A stretch of DNA of 62,224 bases, filler included, from Sphacelaria rigidula (Eukaryota): NCBI GenBank assembly GCA_964200075.2. It is 6 parts of 6 records of this genome, joined end to end, with 100 filler letters (N's around TTAATTAATTAA, not from the genome) between each part and the next. Parts side by side here need not be neighbours in the genome. Positions count along the whole stretch, not along the records: positions 10,391 to 20,678 come from CAXNAA020006780.1; positions 20,779 to 31,066 come from CAXNAA020006781.1; 4 more parts are not named here. One strand, written 5' to 3'. A model generated the notes under the pieces. The model was given only the letters and a program-made list of their open reading frames with translations. It had not been told where the DNA came from and made no database searches. Both the position numbers and the translations under genes were made by a program. Shown in pieces: positions 13,401 to 24,666 of this stretch (positions within the stretch are counted from its first letter, which is position 1; each line of letters starts with the position of its first letter).

Positions 13401-16400
13401 CGGACCGACATTTCACGTGGATAAGGTACTTCTAGTCGAAGGCGGTTCATCGCTCGGAGCAACACACGAACGCGCACTATTGGATACCGGTAGCGTGTAT
13501 ATTGTTTGCAATACTTGTGACGGTGTAGATGCTGGTTATCGATGGGGAGTACAGTCAGTACACGCGTGCCTTGTTTTGGCTTGTTGTTTTCTTGTGCGTC
13601 GACAGGCGACCAGGTACGTCTTGTGTGTCTGATGTCTCGACCTTTCACTGTGCTTCTATATATTAATCCATGGTGCGCTCGTGTATTACAGGTGCAGTCC
13701 CAGCAAATCGCACCAGCAAGCTGTGTGTTTTGGAACCCGCCCTCCGAGGCTAACAAAATGCGAACCGGGTGATCTCTCTGCTGACAGGTGGACGGACCGG
13801 TGGTTCAAACCTTGCGACTAGCCGAACGAGGAGCGGACGATAAGGGCCAGGATGATCGTATCAGCCCGGCTCTTCCGCCGCTTGCTATGATCAAGCAGGC
13901 AAGGCTTCCGCTCGAGCCTTGTCGGCAGAGAAATGAGATTTAGCTAGACGAATGAGGAGAAAGTGTTGAGCGCGGGGATGTGGTGTACTGGTCTCCTCTT
14001 GTGCTGCGTGATTGTGTGTCCTTGTCGTGCGGGGGAGGGGGGAGGGGGGGAGGGGTTGTGACCACAATCCAGTAACGCACGATTGTGTTCGTTTCACCGT
14101 CTCGTGCAGGTCGAGAACGAATTGACGGACCAAGACCGGTACCTGATGAAAGACGATCTCCTTGTTGGCATCGCCCCGGAGCTTGTGATGGACACCCCCA
14201 GTGAGCTACGGGCGGTCAGCAAAGGGGCTGGTGCACGCTTTGTCGTGCAGGGGATCGTCAGGTCAAATCTAACCCATTCGTTTCTGTCTCTCCAAGTCTG
14301 ATTTTCAACTGCGTAGTAGTACTGTTGGTGACCCTGGAGCTTTCTTACCAGACCACTGCTTGTGCATCAATCGACTTTATTGTTGAGACGCGCTCTTCAC
14401 GACCTTGAGTACGACCGCAGAGCACGAGAGATTTCACACGGGCGTGCCGTGGTACGGATCCTCACGAGTTGTATGCTTGATCTCCGATGCGTGTTTGCTG
14501 CCCTGCTTTGGTTTGCCAGGAAGAAGCCAAGTGAGGGTACCATAACGGTCGCAAGTGAGCTGACTCCAGGCTCTCGGCTTCAGTTCTTCGTGCGAGATAG
14601 GTGACCACCACATATTCTCATGGCACGTTGTAGAGCCGACGCTGACTCAGTATTGAAGCAGTCGAAAGAAACGCGACGTTGCTGGCTCCAGGTCGCCTTG
14701 AGAAAGCTAAATATCTGTATGTTCTCGCCGATGAAGTTGTCCACTCGCTGTCAGCTTATAACGTACTATACCGAAAGGTATGCGCTTTGTTTCTTCCCCA
14801 TTGATAGTGCCCGACGTCGCTGGTATGCGCTCATATGGACACAGAGTTATCCTTCGCCCCCATATCGCCCACGCCAATAAAAACAGGAAGGCCGCTGTAA
14901 AAGAGTTCAACTCCGCGCTGGTCGCCTACAAGCGCCGGCAACTCATGGAAACCCTCAACGCGTCATCATCTATCGAGGCTGATAGTGGTGATGCTGATGA
15001 TGCAGCCCAGAGCCCAGACGAAGCAAACTCAGAAGATGAGCCACAAGTCGCCGCCGCAGACGGCGTGGTCGACTCGCTTGGTTCTCAGAGAGCTGAGGAG
15101 GGTAACAGCGCAGGGGGGGGCTTCAGGGCGGCGGGAGCATTGATGTTTCCCGGATTGGACAGGGGTCGCACTCTGTGGGAGGAGGACGGCTACCAGAGTT
15201 CTTTGTTGCTCAAGACTGTGCCCGTTCCGTTGGGAGGATTTTTTGTGAACGGGGTCGCAGGTTTGTTTGTGCCATTGGTGATGTATCGTGCTGTGTATGA
15301 CATGGGGACAGTTTCCGTTCGGTTGCTGGTCGCGTGTTACACGTGTCGTGTTATAATATTTCGCTAACCGCGAGCTTAAACAAGCGAAAGTCAGCTGCAG
15401 TCTGGCCGCAGTGTGCTCAAGATCATGAATAGTATTATGGTGCCGGCCTTCCGGCTCGGTCCGTTGCAACTTCACTCACCCTCGCGTGATGAATTTTGAA
15501 GCACCTCCGCTAATACCCATCAACTCGCGACCGGCGCTGTGCTCGATTGCGCACACGGTAGGCTCCATCACGGAAGGGTCTCGCACGAGTCTCTTCGGTT
15601 CCAGCACAGCCGTTGCGGTCTTCTCGCCCATTACGGCTAGACGCACTACGATCTTTGCTGATGATGGCCAGGAAGAAGGGGAAGGAGATGAAACTTCAGG
15701 TGCGAGTGTTCCCCAGCGGACGCTCTGGACCGTGTGGCGTCCCCCATTTATTCCGTGTTCTTGTTGACAAGGGCTAGGCAATGGAGAAGCCTTTCCGTGT
15801 CAGGGTTGTATTTGCAGGCTACCAACGAGAGCATCATATGCTGATCGTCAGGTTGTCGGATTCGGATGGTCTTGGCTTCCAGTACAGTGAGCAAGATGCG
15901 TTTCCCTATCGTGAACCAGTACAGAATGGTACATGTTAGGGTAAGCTCAGTTCAGCACCCATAGTTTTTCAAAACTGACATACCATCTGATCGTTATTTT
16001 ATTTAACAGGCAGGGATGCGTGCGCTTGACGCAAGGCCACTGTCGCCCCCACGTTGCTCAGCTCCGTACTCTTTCATTTCGTGTTCGTTGCGACAACGCC
16101 CTCCTCATTTACTCAGACGCTGGCAATGCGCCGGGCATGTACGGGGACGGGGATGAGGTCTTCAGTGATGACAGCGATGATTTTACGGTCATTCGGAGAG
16201 ACATCAACTCCGGTCGACCCGTCGTGTCTGGCCCTGTGCTTTACAGTGTGGCTGAGACCGTGGCGCAGCCAAGGTGCGTCATAGCAGAATAGACGAATTA
16301 CTTCACCAACAATTGGGAGCATTCCAACTGTTCCACCTGTAGCGATTTCCTCTCGCCCATCTATTCTGTATCTCTTGCTGGTGCGATTGATTACTGTGGC

Positions 16401-19283
16401 AGGAATTCTCTGGAAGCGATAGTGTGGGAGAAGGAGGCAGAGGTGGACCGGTATCGCGATCGTTGGCCCATGGGCATGCTCGTCAGCCGAGTGAGAGCGT
16501 TTGGCCTCGTTGAGGAAAACAAACCTAGGGACGTTTTGGCGGCGTTGGTTGGCGGGAAGCGGGAAGGAGGCGTTGCCATGCTGGCAGAGGTATGCATGGG
16601 TGTCTTGTCTTCTCGACCGTACCGTGGTTTACTGTATGTCCTTGGACATTTTCTTGCATTTGGTTCATGATTGCGAACAGTGGTTTTTCACAGATGTGTA
16701 ACACGCCATGTTACTGGATGCAAAATCTGTCAAGCACGGCTTTAAGGTATCAGAACAACTTAGTGTACGTATCTTACGCAGATGGACAAAAGCGACTCCA
16801 CGATTTCATCAAATCATCCCCACGGCGGAAGAATACCAGGTTACAGACCGGTGCATACGTTTTAGTCTGGGATGCGGTCAGAACGTGGTATGCAACGACA
16901 GTATTGCAGGGTGCCACACTAGAACTGGAAGCCATATATGAGCATACGCGCTGACGGCAAGGTACAATCCTCGGCAAAAACCCAGACTGCTCCACTGCTT
17001 CGCAGTTTGCACCCGTGTCTTGTTAGTATCCGTGAACTCCCGTCCCTGGCCTGGTTTCGATGCCGCAGATCAAGAGGACGGCGCCAGTGATCGGGCCGAT
17101 AAATCGAGACATTCCGTTCGATGCGATGGCCATTTCTGTGGCGGTGGAGCTCGCTGGGGCGGCGGCGATCGCTGTCAACACCGACCGAAAGTTTTTCGGC
17201 TGCTCCTACGAAGACCTCACCACCGTCAGGGTAGGTGTCGGGCAGTACCTTGTCGAGATAGTTTTGTCGCTCTTCCTTCGACACGTGTTCATTGCGGGGT
17301 TTCAATTCGTGTGGGCCGTGGTCTCTCGGGTGCTGTTACATGTGTGTTTTCACGAGTTTCCCCCGAGATGAGAGCGCTGGCCTCGGTTCGCTTGTGTCCA
17401 CAACTGTTTGCTCCCAAGAAATGATGAAAATACACATTACGGGTATCGTGTGGATTATGGCGAAGGGAACAAGAGCCGTCAGTGCCGCTGCCTGCCCTGT
17501 GGTACTATGATACATAGGACGAATGTGTAGCTGTAGCTCCACGTTCTTCTGATTGGCAAGCTGAAGATGGCAACCACTGTCCACCGTTTTTCCCACCCCC
17601 CTGTGCGGTGCCCGTGATCGACTCGGCGCGTGTCATGCGTTCAGAGCGCCGTCAGCGTTCCCGTCATGTGCAGCGATGTGATGGTATATCCGTACCAGAT
17701 CTACCAGGCTAGACTTGCGGGGGCCGACGCTATTAAGCTCTTCGCGCCAGCTCTTCCAGACAAGGTATCACAAGCGGTATACGTTGCATTTGAGCTGTAG
17801 CGTTGGCTCGGTACCATCCAACCCGACAAAACTCGGCACTAAGTCCCAGCGCATTGGCCGCCACTAGGGCGAGTACATGTGGCGATGGCTGATCACTTGA
17901 CCAAACCTCATCAAACCACGGTCGATTCGCGGTTAGCGGTAGACGATGGCGAGCAAGCATCAACGTTTGGAACTGTGATGACATTCCCTGCGACCGTGTG
18001 TTGACTCAATTGCGGCATATGATGAAATCTTTGACTAGCTGTCGACTTTTTCGCACACTCTGCCTACCACTCGTGTGACGTATGTTGCCTCATGTCTTTC
18101 GCGACCATTTTTTGTTCACATTTTTTTTTTCTCGTGTGTGCGTGCGCTCTTCGTCACTGCGATGCGTGCTTTTTCGGGTGTGACAGGACCTTGTATATTT
18201 CCACAAGATCGCCGCGGCAATCGGCATGCAGAGTGTTGTAGCGGTTAGCTCCGTGAAACAAATGCTGATGGCCTTGCGAATTCCGGGCGTCAAAATGGTG
18301 TCCATCAACAATCGGAATACGGCAACGTGGGTGCTTGACGACACAAGAGTTGGCAAAATTATGGGAGACGCAGAGGGTGAGTGCGCGGTAATTTGACTGA
18401 CGAATTCATTGGTACCAATCCTTGAGTTGATCAACCTGCCCAACTCCGACGCAAGATGATACATGTGCTCGCATTTGACACTAATCAATACTAATTGTCC
18501 GTGCGCGCGAGCGGCGTTCGGGGCAGCATGTTTTTGACGTCGGCTCATGCTTGCACCGACCCTGTGCCCTCATCTGCAGTGCAACAAAAGTTGAAGGAAG
18601 TGGACGTGACCTTGTTGGTGGAGGCTGGACTCAAGACCAAGGCAGACATAGGTGCGTTCTGCAAACTTCTTCGTTCGCCTCGAGGTCGAATGTTCCGGGT
18701 TATTTCAACTGTTTCGACTTATTTTCATTACTCTGGGGTATCAAGCACAGACAACAACGTTTTCGTGAGATTGAGAGTAAAGCGCTGATTGGGAGGGGCT
18801 TTGATCATTCGCCTTAACTTAGCCTATTTTTCATTCCGTGTGTGCTTTTCTTTGCCCCCATCACTAGCGTGTGCTCACAGCTACACGTCGATATCCTACT
18901 CAGGGATATCACGGGCCTCAATGGCAAGCTACTACAGAGAGCATATCGGGCCTCGTGAAGGGGCATTTCGGAACTGAAACGACCCGTTCACTGATAAACC
19001 GCTTTCTACTCTCGATCGTATCCTCTACTGTCAATCTCACGAGAACGTTGTTAGACGTGTTGTGTAATAGTTGGGCCACCTGTCGACGGCTACATTTTTC
19101 TATACATTTTTCTTGTTCATGAAAGACGAGACGCTCCCGCGTTCCTGTGCCGTTGCTGTGTGCTATACCACCCCTCTTTTTGCAGATGCTGTCAAGGCTG
19201 CCGGCATCTCCGTTGTGTCGGTAGGGGAAGCGTTCCTCAAAACAGCGGAGCCAGGCAAGGTGGTTGAAGCCCTGCTAAGCTGA
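10454..19283 (+). CDS. FIST-N/FIST-C fused to an indole-3-glycerol-phosphate synthase (TrpC)-like domain, about 936 aa, probably plastid-targeted
   Basis: Phase-consistent exons: 10454-10510 (tentative), 10594-10815, 11861-12064, 12315-12625, 13251-13425, 13788-13898 (GC donor), 14110-14261, 14520-14600, 14887-15260, 15562-15699, 16117-16273, 16403-16589, 17069-17230, 17645-17764, 18187-18376, 18580-18651, 19186-19283; total 2811 nt, no internal stop. FIST motifs: WASSVST, DLALIHVSS, VVGCSSAG, EVENRVCLGLTL, ISQGARRVGP, LQFFVRD, LGGFFVNG. IGPS motifs: PRNSLEAIVWEKE, AEIKR, VNTDRKFFGCSYEDL, YQIYQARLAGADA, INNRN, EAG, VGEAF. Confidence 0.9.
12728..12986 (+). mobile_element. MITE family 1 (about 260 bp), intronic
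   Basis: Imperfect TIRs cacgattcggacgaatcat / atgaattcgtccgacccttg. Flanks gaatattg/gagtgttg resemble a decayed 8-bp TSD. Homologues at 26833-27093 and 28807-29068. Confidence 0.75.
18753..19052 (+). mobile_element. MITE family 2 (about 300 bp) with 4-bp TSD AGAC, intronic
   Basis: 27-bp TIR aacaacgttttcgtgagattgagagta / tactgtcaatctcacgagaacgttgtt. AGAC at 18749-18752 and 19053-19056. Inverted homologue at 34337-35072 and a partial copy at about 30996-31062. Confidence 0.85.
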
Positions 19284-20678
19284 TGCCCCCAGCAGCTAGA
19301 TAGTCCATCTTGCCGTGTGCTACTTCGCAAGACGTAGCTGTCATGCCTCTCGATGATACATGGTAGTGCCGATATGCCCACTCAACCTGATCTTCAGCCG
19401 CAGGCCCGGTGCGCCCCGTCTTTTGAAAGTCGTCGATTCTGCCCCACTTTGTGAGTAGATATAACGCGCGGTTTAGAAAATGACGCGGTTGATTCGTTCC
19501 TGTGCCACGTACCCACGTCGCTGCATCAGAGGACAGGACAGGACACTACGCGTGTTGTTGCTTGCGTCATCTGGTGTCGTAGCAATGAATTATGCATTTG
19601 TTTTGTGTGTCGCATCAAAACACAAGTGCGTGGCAGCAAGGGCGGGCCTTCTACGTACGTGCGTACCTCGATGATTTAAGGGAAACGATTTTACGTTCAT
19701 TTTTTGGGGAATCAGGATGGGCAAGGGTTACGAGCTAGCAAACATGGTACACAACAACAAATCCAACCGGGTGTCGATCGAAAACGTTCACGGTAGTAAC
19801 GAGACGTATATATCCATAATACTCGCCGTAAGCAAACAAGAGCGATACTCGATGTGCCGCAGAAAGCGCGTGTCCCGACAGCCATCTGAGCTTTTTCCCG
19901 CGAGAAAGTCGCTTTGATGTTTCCACACACACCAAAATGATGAAGTCACCTAATCAAAGGGTCACACTCGTGGTTGTTTCTGGAAACAACTGTGAAATCA
20001 AGACCATGCGGTGGAACGCCGATAGCGATGTGTAACTCAGCCGAGCTACGGGTTCTCCTCGCCCCTCTCGGGCGCTAGGAGCTGTACGTTCACCAACGCT
20101 CTGTTTTCCAAGGCACGCATCGGTCATCTCAAGACATGAGTCGAACCGCCACCCGCTCATATATTCTTGGAGGAGGCTACCATGGCTTTGCCCGCGTGCG
20201 GCATGCAGACCTACGCTATGCAGTCAGGATTCATTTGTCCTGGACAACGTGTGTGGGTGCGCGCACAGCACTTGTTGCTCCGTCGTCGTGAGAGACTGCA
20301 AACATTGTTTTCGTAGCAACGAAGCAGGTCGGACGACCGTCTGTCAGCTTCCGGTGGTAAACATCGGAACACGTGTGGTTACGTCGTGTAAGTTATTTTG
20401 AATCGGCGTCTTCGTCCGGCTTCCCTTGTTCCTGTAAGCGTTGCTCGATAGCCGCGCGCTTGTCCGCCGCTAGGTCTTGCGACGAGTGATCCTCACCCTT
20501 GGTGTCCCAAATCTTGATTTTGTTACACGTACAATCATTTGTATGCGTGGTTCGATCGTCAACAGGGGTCGAGGACGGGCGGGGGGGGGGGGGGGGGGGG
20601 GGGGGGGTGGTGGGGTTTTTTTTTTAAGCAGGGGAAGACCTAAAAAAAACTCAAACAAAGGGTGGGTTTATCTTTTGC

Positions 20679-20778
20679 NNNNNNNNNNNNNNNNNNNNNN
20701 NNNNNNNNNNNNNNNNNNNNNNTTAATTAATTAANNNNNNNNNNNNNNNNNNNNNNNNNNNNNNNNNNNNNNNNNNNN
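20679..20778. other. Artificial contig spacer
   Basis: 100-nt N run with TTAATTAATTAA linker. Confidence 0.98.
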
Positions 20779-21310
20779 GGGAGTTGTTTTGCTTTGACTT
20801 CCAGCGGCTGGACAGGGGGGACGGCGAATAAAAAAGCGCAAACGAAAGGTCAAAGAAAACCCTGAAAAAAAAAAAAAAAAAAAGTAAATTGAAAATAATG
20901 AACAGTACACATTTGAATTTCCTACAGGACAGGGTGACGGGGGGCGGGGTGGCAGACGCGCAACAGCAGCAGCGCTTGACCCAGGACTGAGGCTATCCAC
21001 CACAAGAAAAAGCACGGAATATATTCCTCAAGAATGACGTCAATAGCAACACAGTAGCTTTCAACTGAAAGGGGAATTTTTTGTAGTGTTCTTGTAGCCG
21101 GGGATATTCGAAAGTGTTTTCGCGTGCCACCGCTTATCCCAGTGGACATTTGATCCCAATGTTTGGGGATCTACTATTAATAGCCATCCCCTCCACATTC
21201 CCAAATAAGATCACATCTGCGCTCATCATTGAACGACTCACGGGCTGACCGGTTTTCGGGGGTCCTGAGACTGCCCAGCCCCAGGTTCTGATCCTCAAGT
21301 ATTTTTGTAC

Positions 21311-22091
21311 TTCGAATTCCAACTTCCGCCATTCAGTACAATTTATCCGTGGCATTTTGTGGCTTTCCAGCGGTTCGATCTGAGTAATGCTACGGAGAAC
21401 GCACAGATGAAGTACGGAGCACAATTTCAGAGCCGTATCGGCGAATTGCTTATACAGAACGATATATTTTATAATTCGAATTCTAAGTTATCCGGCATTC
21501 AGGACAATTTCGTCCGTGGAATTTCGTGGTTTCCCAGCGGCTTGATCTGAGATATGCTACGGAGAGCGCCAAATCCTGGACAAAAGATCCCATACTGTAC
21601 GCAGTACATTTTTTGACAATGTAATCTTTTGTTCACGGTGTGGAGAACGCACGGATGGAGTACGGAGTGCAGACTTTCAGAACCGTATCGGCGAATTGCT
21701 TATCCAGCACGATATTTATATACCTCGAATTCTAAGTTATCCGGCATTCAGAACAAATTCGTCCGTGGAAATCCGTGTCTTTCTAGTGGTTTGATCCGTG
21801 AGTTATGCCACGGAGGACGCACGGATTACCTACGTACGGAGTGGATAAAACCGAACCGTAGGGAACCGCGAAACGCGGGTTCAACCGCGTAGCTGTAATC
21901 TACACGGAGCGGAGCGTTTTTTTTTAATTGTCACGGTGCGGAGCGGAGCGGATATCCGCCAGTGGGAGAAATCACGGATTGTCACGGAGCGGATATCTGT
22001 CGGCTACAAATGCCACGGAGCGGTACGGATTGATAAACCGCACCGTAATAATCCGCTCCGCAGATTTATTCTTAATCCGTGCACATCCCTG
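21311..22091. mobile_element. hAT (Ac-like) transposon end with subterminal repeats
   Basis: Ends in catccctg (reverse complement CAGGGATG, as in the Ac TIR). Preceded by dense acgga/cggagcgg motifs and three imperfect ~95-bp repeats at about 21311, 21475 and 21724. Confidence 0.55.
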
Positions 22092-23783
22092 GTATTTGGC
22101 ACCAACACGTTGTCGACGAGACCCCCCATGCTGTACGCAGGACATGTTTTCACGCTGGCCGTTCGGGATTGTCGTGCACTTGTTCCGTTTGTGATTCCGT
22201 TGGGGGCACGTGTACTGTAGCGCTGAACGCTATGAGTGTTCTGATCCTGTTCCTAAATACGTGAACGCCAGTACTGTATCCGTTGCTTGAACTAAGCATC
22301 GATGATGCGACGAACGCCCGTTGGTCACGGAAGAGCCTAGCTTGACCCTGACACCAGCCCCGAGATCGGAACAGTACGGTGTGTCCCACAACCTCCCGCA
22401 CGACGAAAGACCGACGCGTTGAGAGTTGTGAGTCCAGTTATTATGTCGATGCGGAGAGACTCGGGTACCATTTTCTGAGGGAAAGGGGCGTGGTCGTTGT
22501 GGCGACCGTGAACGGCAAATGAGGGGGAAAAGATCCGAATGTGTGGGCGCCATGGTTGGAGTTGGCGCGTAGGCTGCCCGGTACGATGTAGAGAGCGATG
22601 GCCTAGCAGAGGTACNNNNNNNNNNCCAGATAAGGTACGATTGAAAAATCATTCCTAGATCAGGTATACCTCGGCGAAATGTGGCCTACAAAAGGTGAGC
22701 GGGTTCTGGAGGCGACATGTCCGTTTTCGCGTGACCATATCTATCGAGGAACACGTTTCTTACCCGTTTTTTTTCGAGTCCCGGGTGACAATGACCCCCC
22801 CAAATGATATGCGTGAAATAAATATCCGGAGTAAAAACGTCAAAATGGCGTGTTTGGCTGTTTTCGCGTTTCTGGTCATTTTTCATACCTTTCTTAGACA
22901 AAAATGAGAAGGTATACCTTTTCTAGGCCATTGCCCCCGTTCTGATTGGGTCGGATCCGGGTCTATCGGGGGATACTTTTACGCATGCTCAATCTTCGCT
23001 ATCGTACTGCGCCATCTTGCGTAAAAAGAGAAAGTCTACCACTCCTCGATCTGTGCACCCGCGGGAAGAACTGCCGTGCCCAATGGTACAAAGCCGTCTT
23101 CCGTGAGCCGGCTGCCCTGCGGTTGGGGGTCGCTTGTTGATGTTTGCGGGCCGCTACTGCGGTGTACGAACCGGAACTATTGTACGTATTCATAGTATTC
23201 ACGGAAGGCACAACCACGAGAAACGACTCCGCAAGGGCGTTTTACCCGCGTGGAAGCTTTGCGAAAGAGAGGGCTGTGTGCATGAAGCTCCGTCGATCTG
23301 GGAGTTTCATTCCGTCCTTCAGCTGTAGTACTGATGGCATATTTGTTTCGCGGGAGCTACGGGAACATCAATGGAGATGCACACTGACTGTTGTACTGTA
23401 CTGTCAACTGTCTGTCCTGTAACGGTGTTCAGTGTCCAAGATGACGTGTATTTTCTTCGCATGAAACGATCCAGCGTCCACTTGCATCACTCCATCACAC
23501 GATCGATGATGATGGATGTTGTGGGGTTGTACTCGTACAAGATACAGGTCGGGACGATACAGTACGGTGTAGTGCAGCACAATCAGTGAAATGCTAACCC
23601 TCTTTCGGAAATATCGATGATGTAAGCCAGCCCGTGAGAAACTGCGGGAACAAATGTTGAAGGGGCAGCGGCGGTGAAAACATGTCAACAAGTACAGCTC
23701 CTCCTGCCCTCGTCCGTACTACAATTAGGTAAGTCCAGGGTGGATTCAGATTGAATCCTGGCAAATATAGCATGGAACCTCAC

Positions 23784-23920
23784 CTTCGGGACAAGGTGCC
23801 ACCTTGGAATGCGCTGGCTGTGCTGCACGTTAAGGTCAGCAGTCCTACCACCGATGATTTCAGCAGAATTGCAGAGGTGAGACAAGTGATTGTCGTCTTC
23901 AATGGGTCCGGTTGCGACAT
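23784..23920 (-). CDS. Candidate first exon of a plastid-targeted protein
   Basis: accATG start. MSQPDPLKTTITCLTSAILLKSSVVGLLTLTCSTASAFQGGTLSR has a hydrophobic stretch followed by an ASA-F motif, then a strong AG|GTGAGG donor. Downstream exons not resolved. Confidence 0.35.
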
Positions 23921-24666
23921 GGTCGCTGCTATCACGACATGCAAGCAGGTTTGCCCAATGTTGGGTACCTTCTCAGTTTCAGGTTTTGAATTGCTTGCTG
24001 ATGAATATTGAGAAAATGGATGTACATAGAGGATAATGACATGGTCTTTATCTGCTGTCTGACATGTGACCATTGACCATTGCACGGCTATCATAAATAA
24101 ATGGCGGTCGCGTTTGTTGTTTTATTTCCTGTGCTTTCTATCATAAAAAAATTATGCTCATAGCATACACTGCAACATTATACTGTATTTTCACGCGATG
24201 TCAAGGTAATCAGACTTATGGTCTGATCGATCGACACTTCCATGTAGACCGCGGCTCTGATAGCAGGCAAGTCGAAAATGACACGAACGCGGTGCTGTTC
24301 TGAGTTTTGCGGACAACTTGGATGTCAAGCTGCGACCGACGCTGTTTGGTATATCTATAGCTACTGTACTCCCCGGACGGAGTACACCAACAAACGGAGC
24401 TACCGCTCATACGTACTCAACATCGCCGCCCATCATCTTTGCTCCATCAAAAGTCGATAAACTTAAGTACCCCTACCAACTTCTTTTTGAAAATAAGCCC
24501 TGTTGGTGGTGCTGTGTACACGCATCCCGCCTCCCCCTTGCAGCGTTTGAAAAATTGTGTTACCGCAACCCACGTCCATCGGCACAGTCAGTAAGCGAAG
24601 CGGTGAACAAGACCTGCATAGAGTCGGGAGGAAGGTTGAACACCTGAGGTTGACATCGTCTTCACC

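Noticed and set aside
20577-20615. Long poly-G/C runs (also about 31200-31258, 40626-40650, 62127-62145)
   Set aside because: They cluster at contig ends or gaps, so they are likely sequencing/assembly artefacts; the poly-Pro/Gly ORFs are not credible.
21311-21825. CRISPR-like repeat array
   Set aside because: Repeats are about 95 bp, degenerate and irregularly spaced, in a eukaryotic context with no cas genes.
23860-23900. SHLCN motif suggesting a His-Cys box endonuclease
   Set aside because: The downstream CxNPxHL motif is absent; another frame explains the region better.
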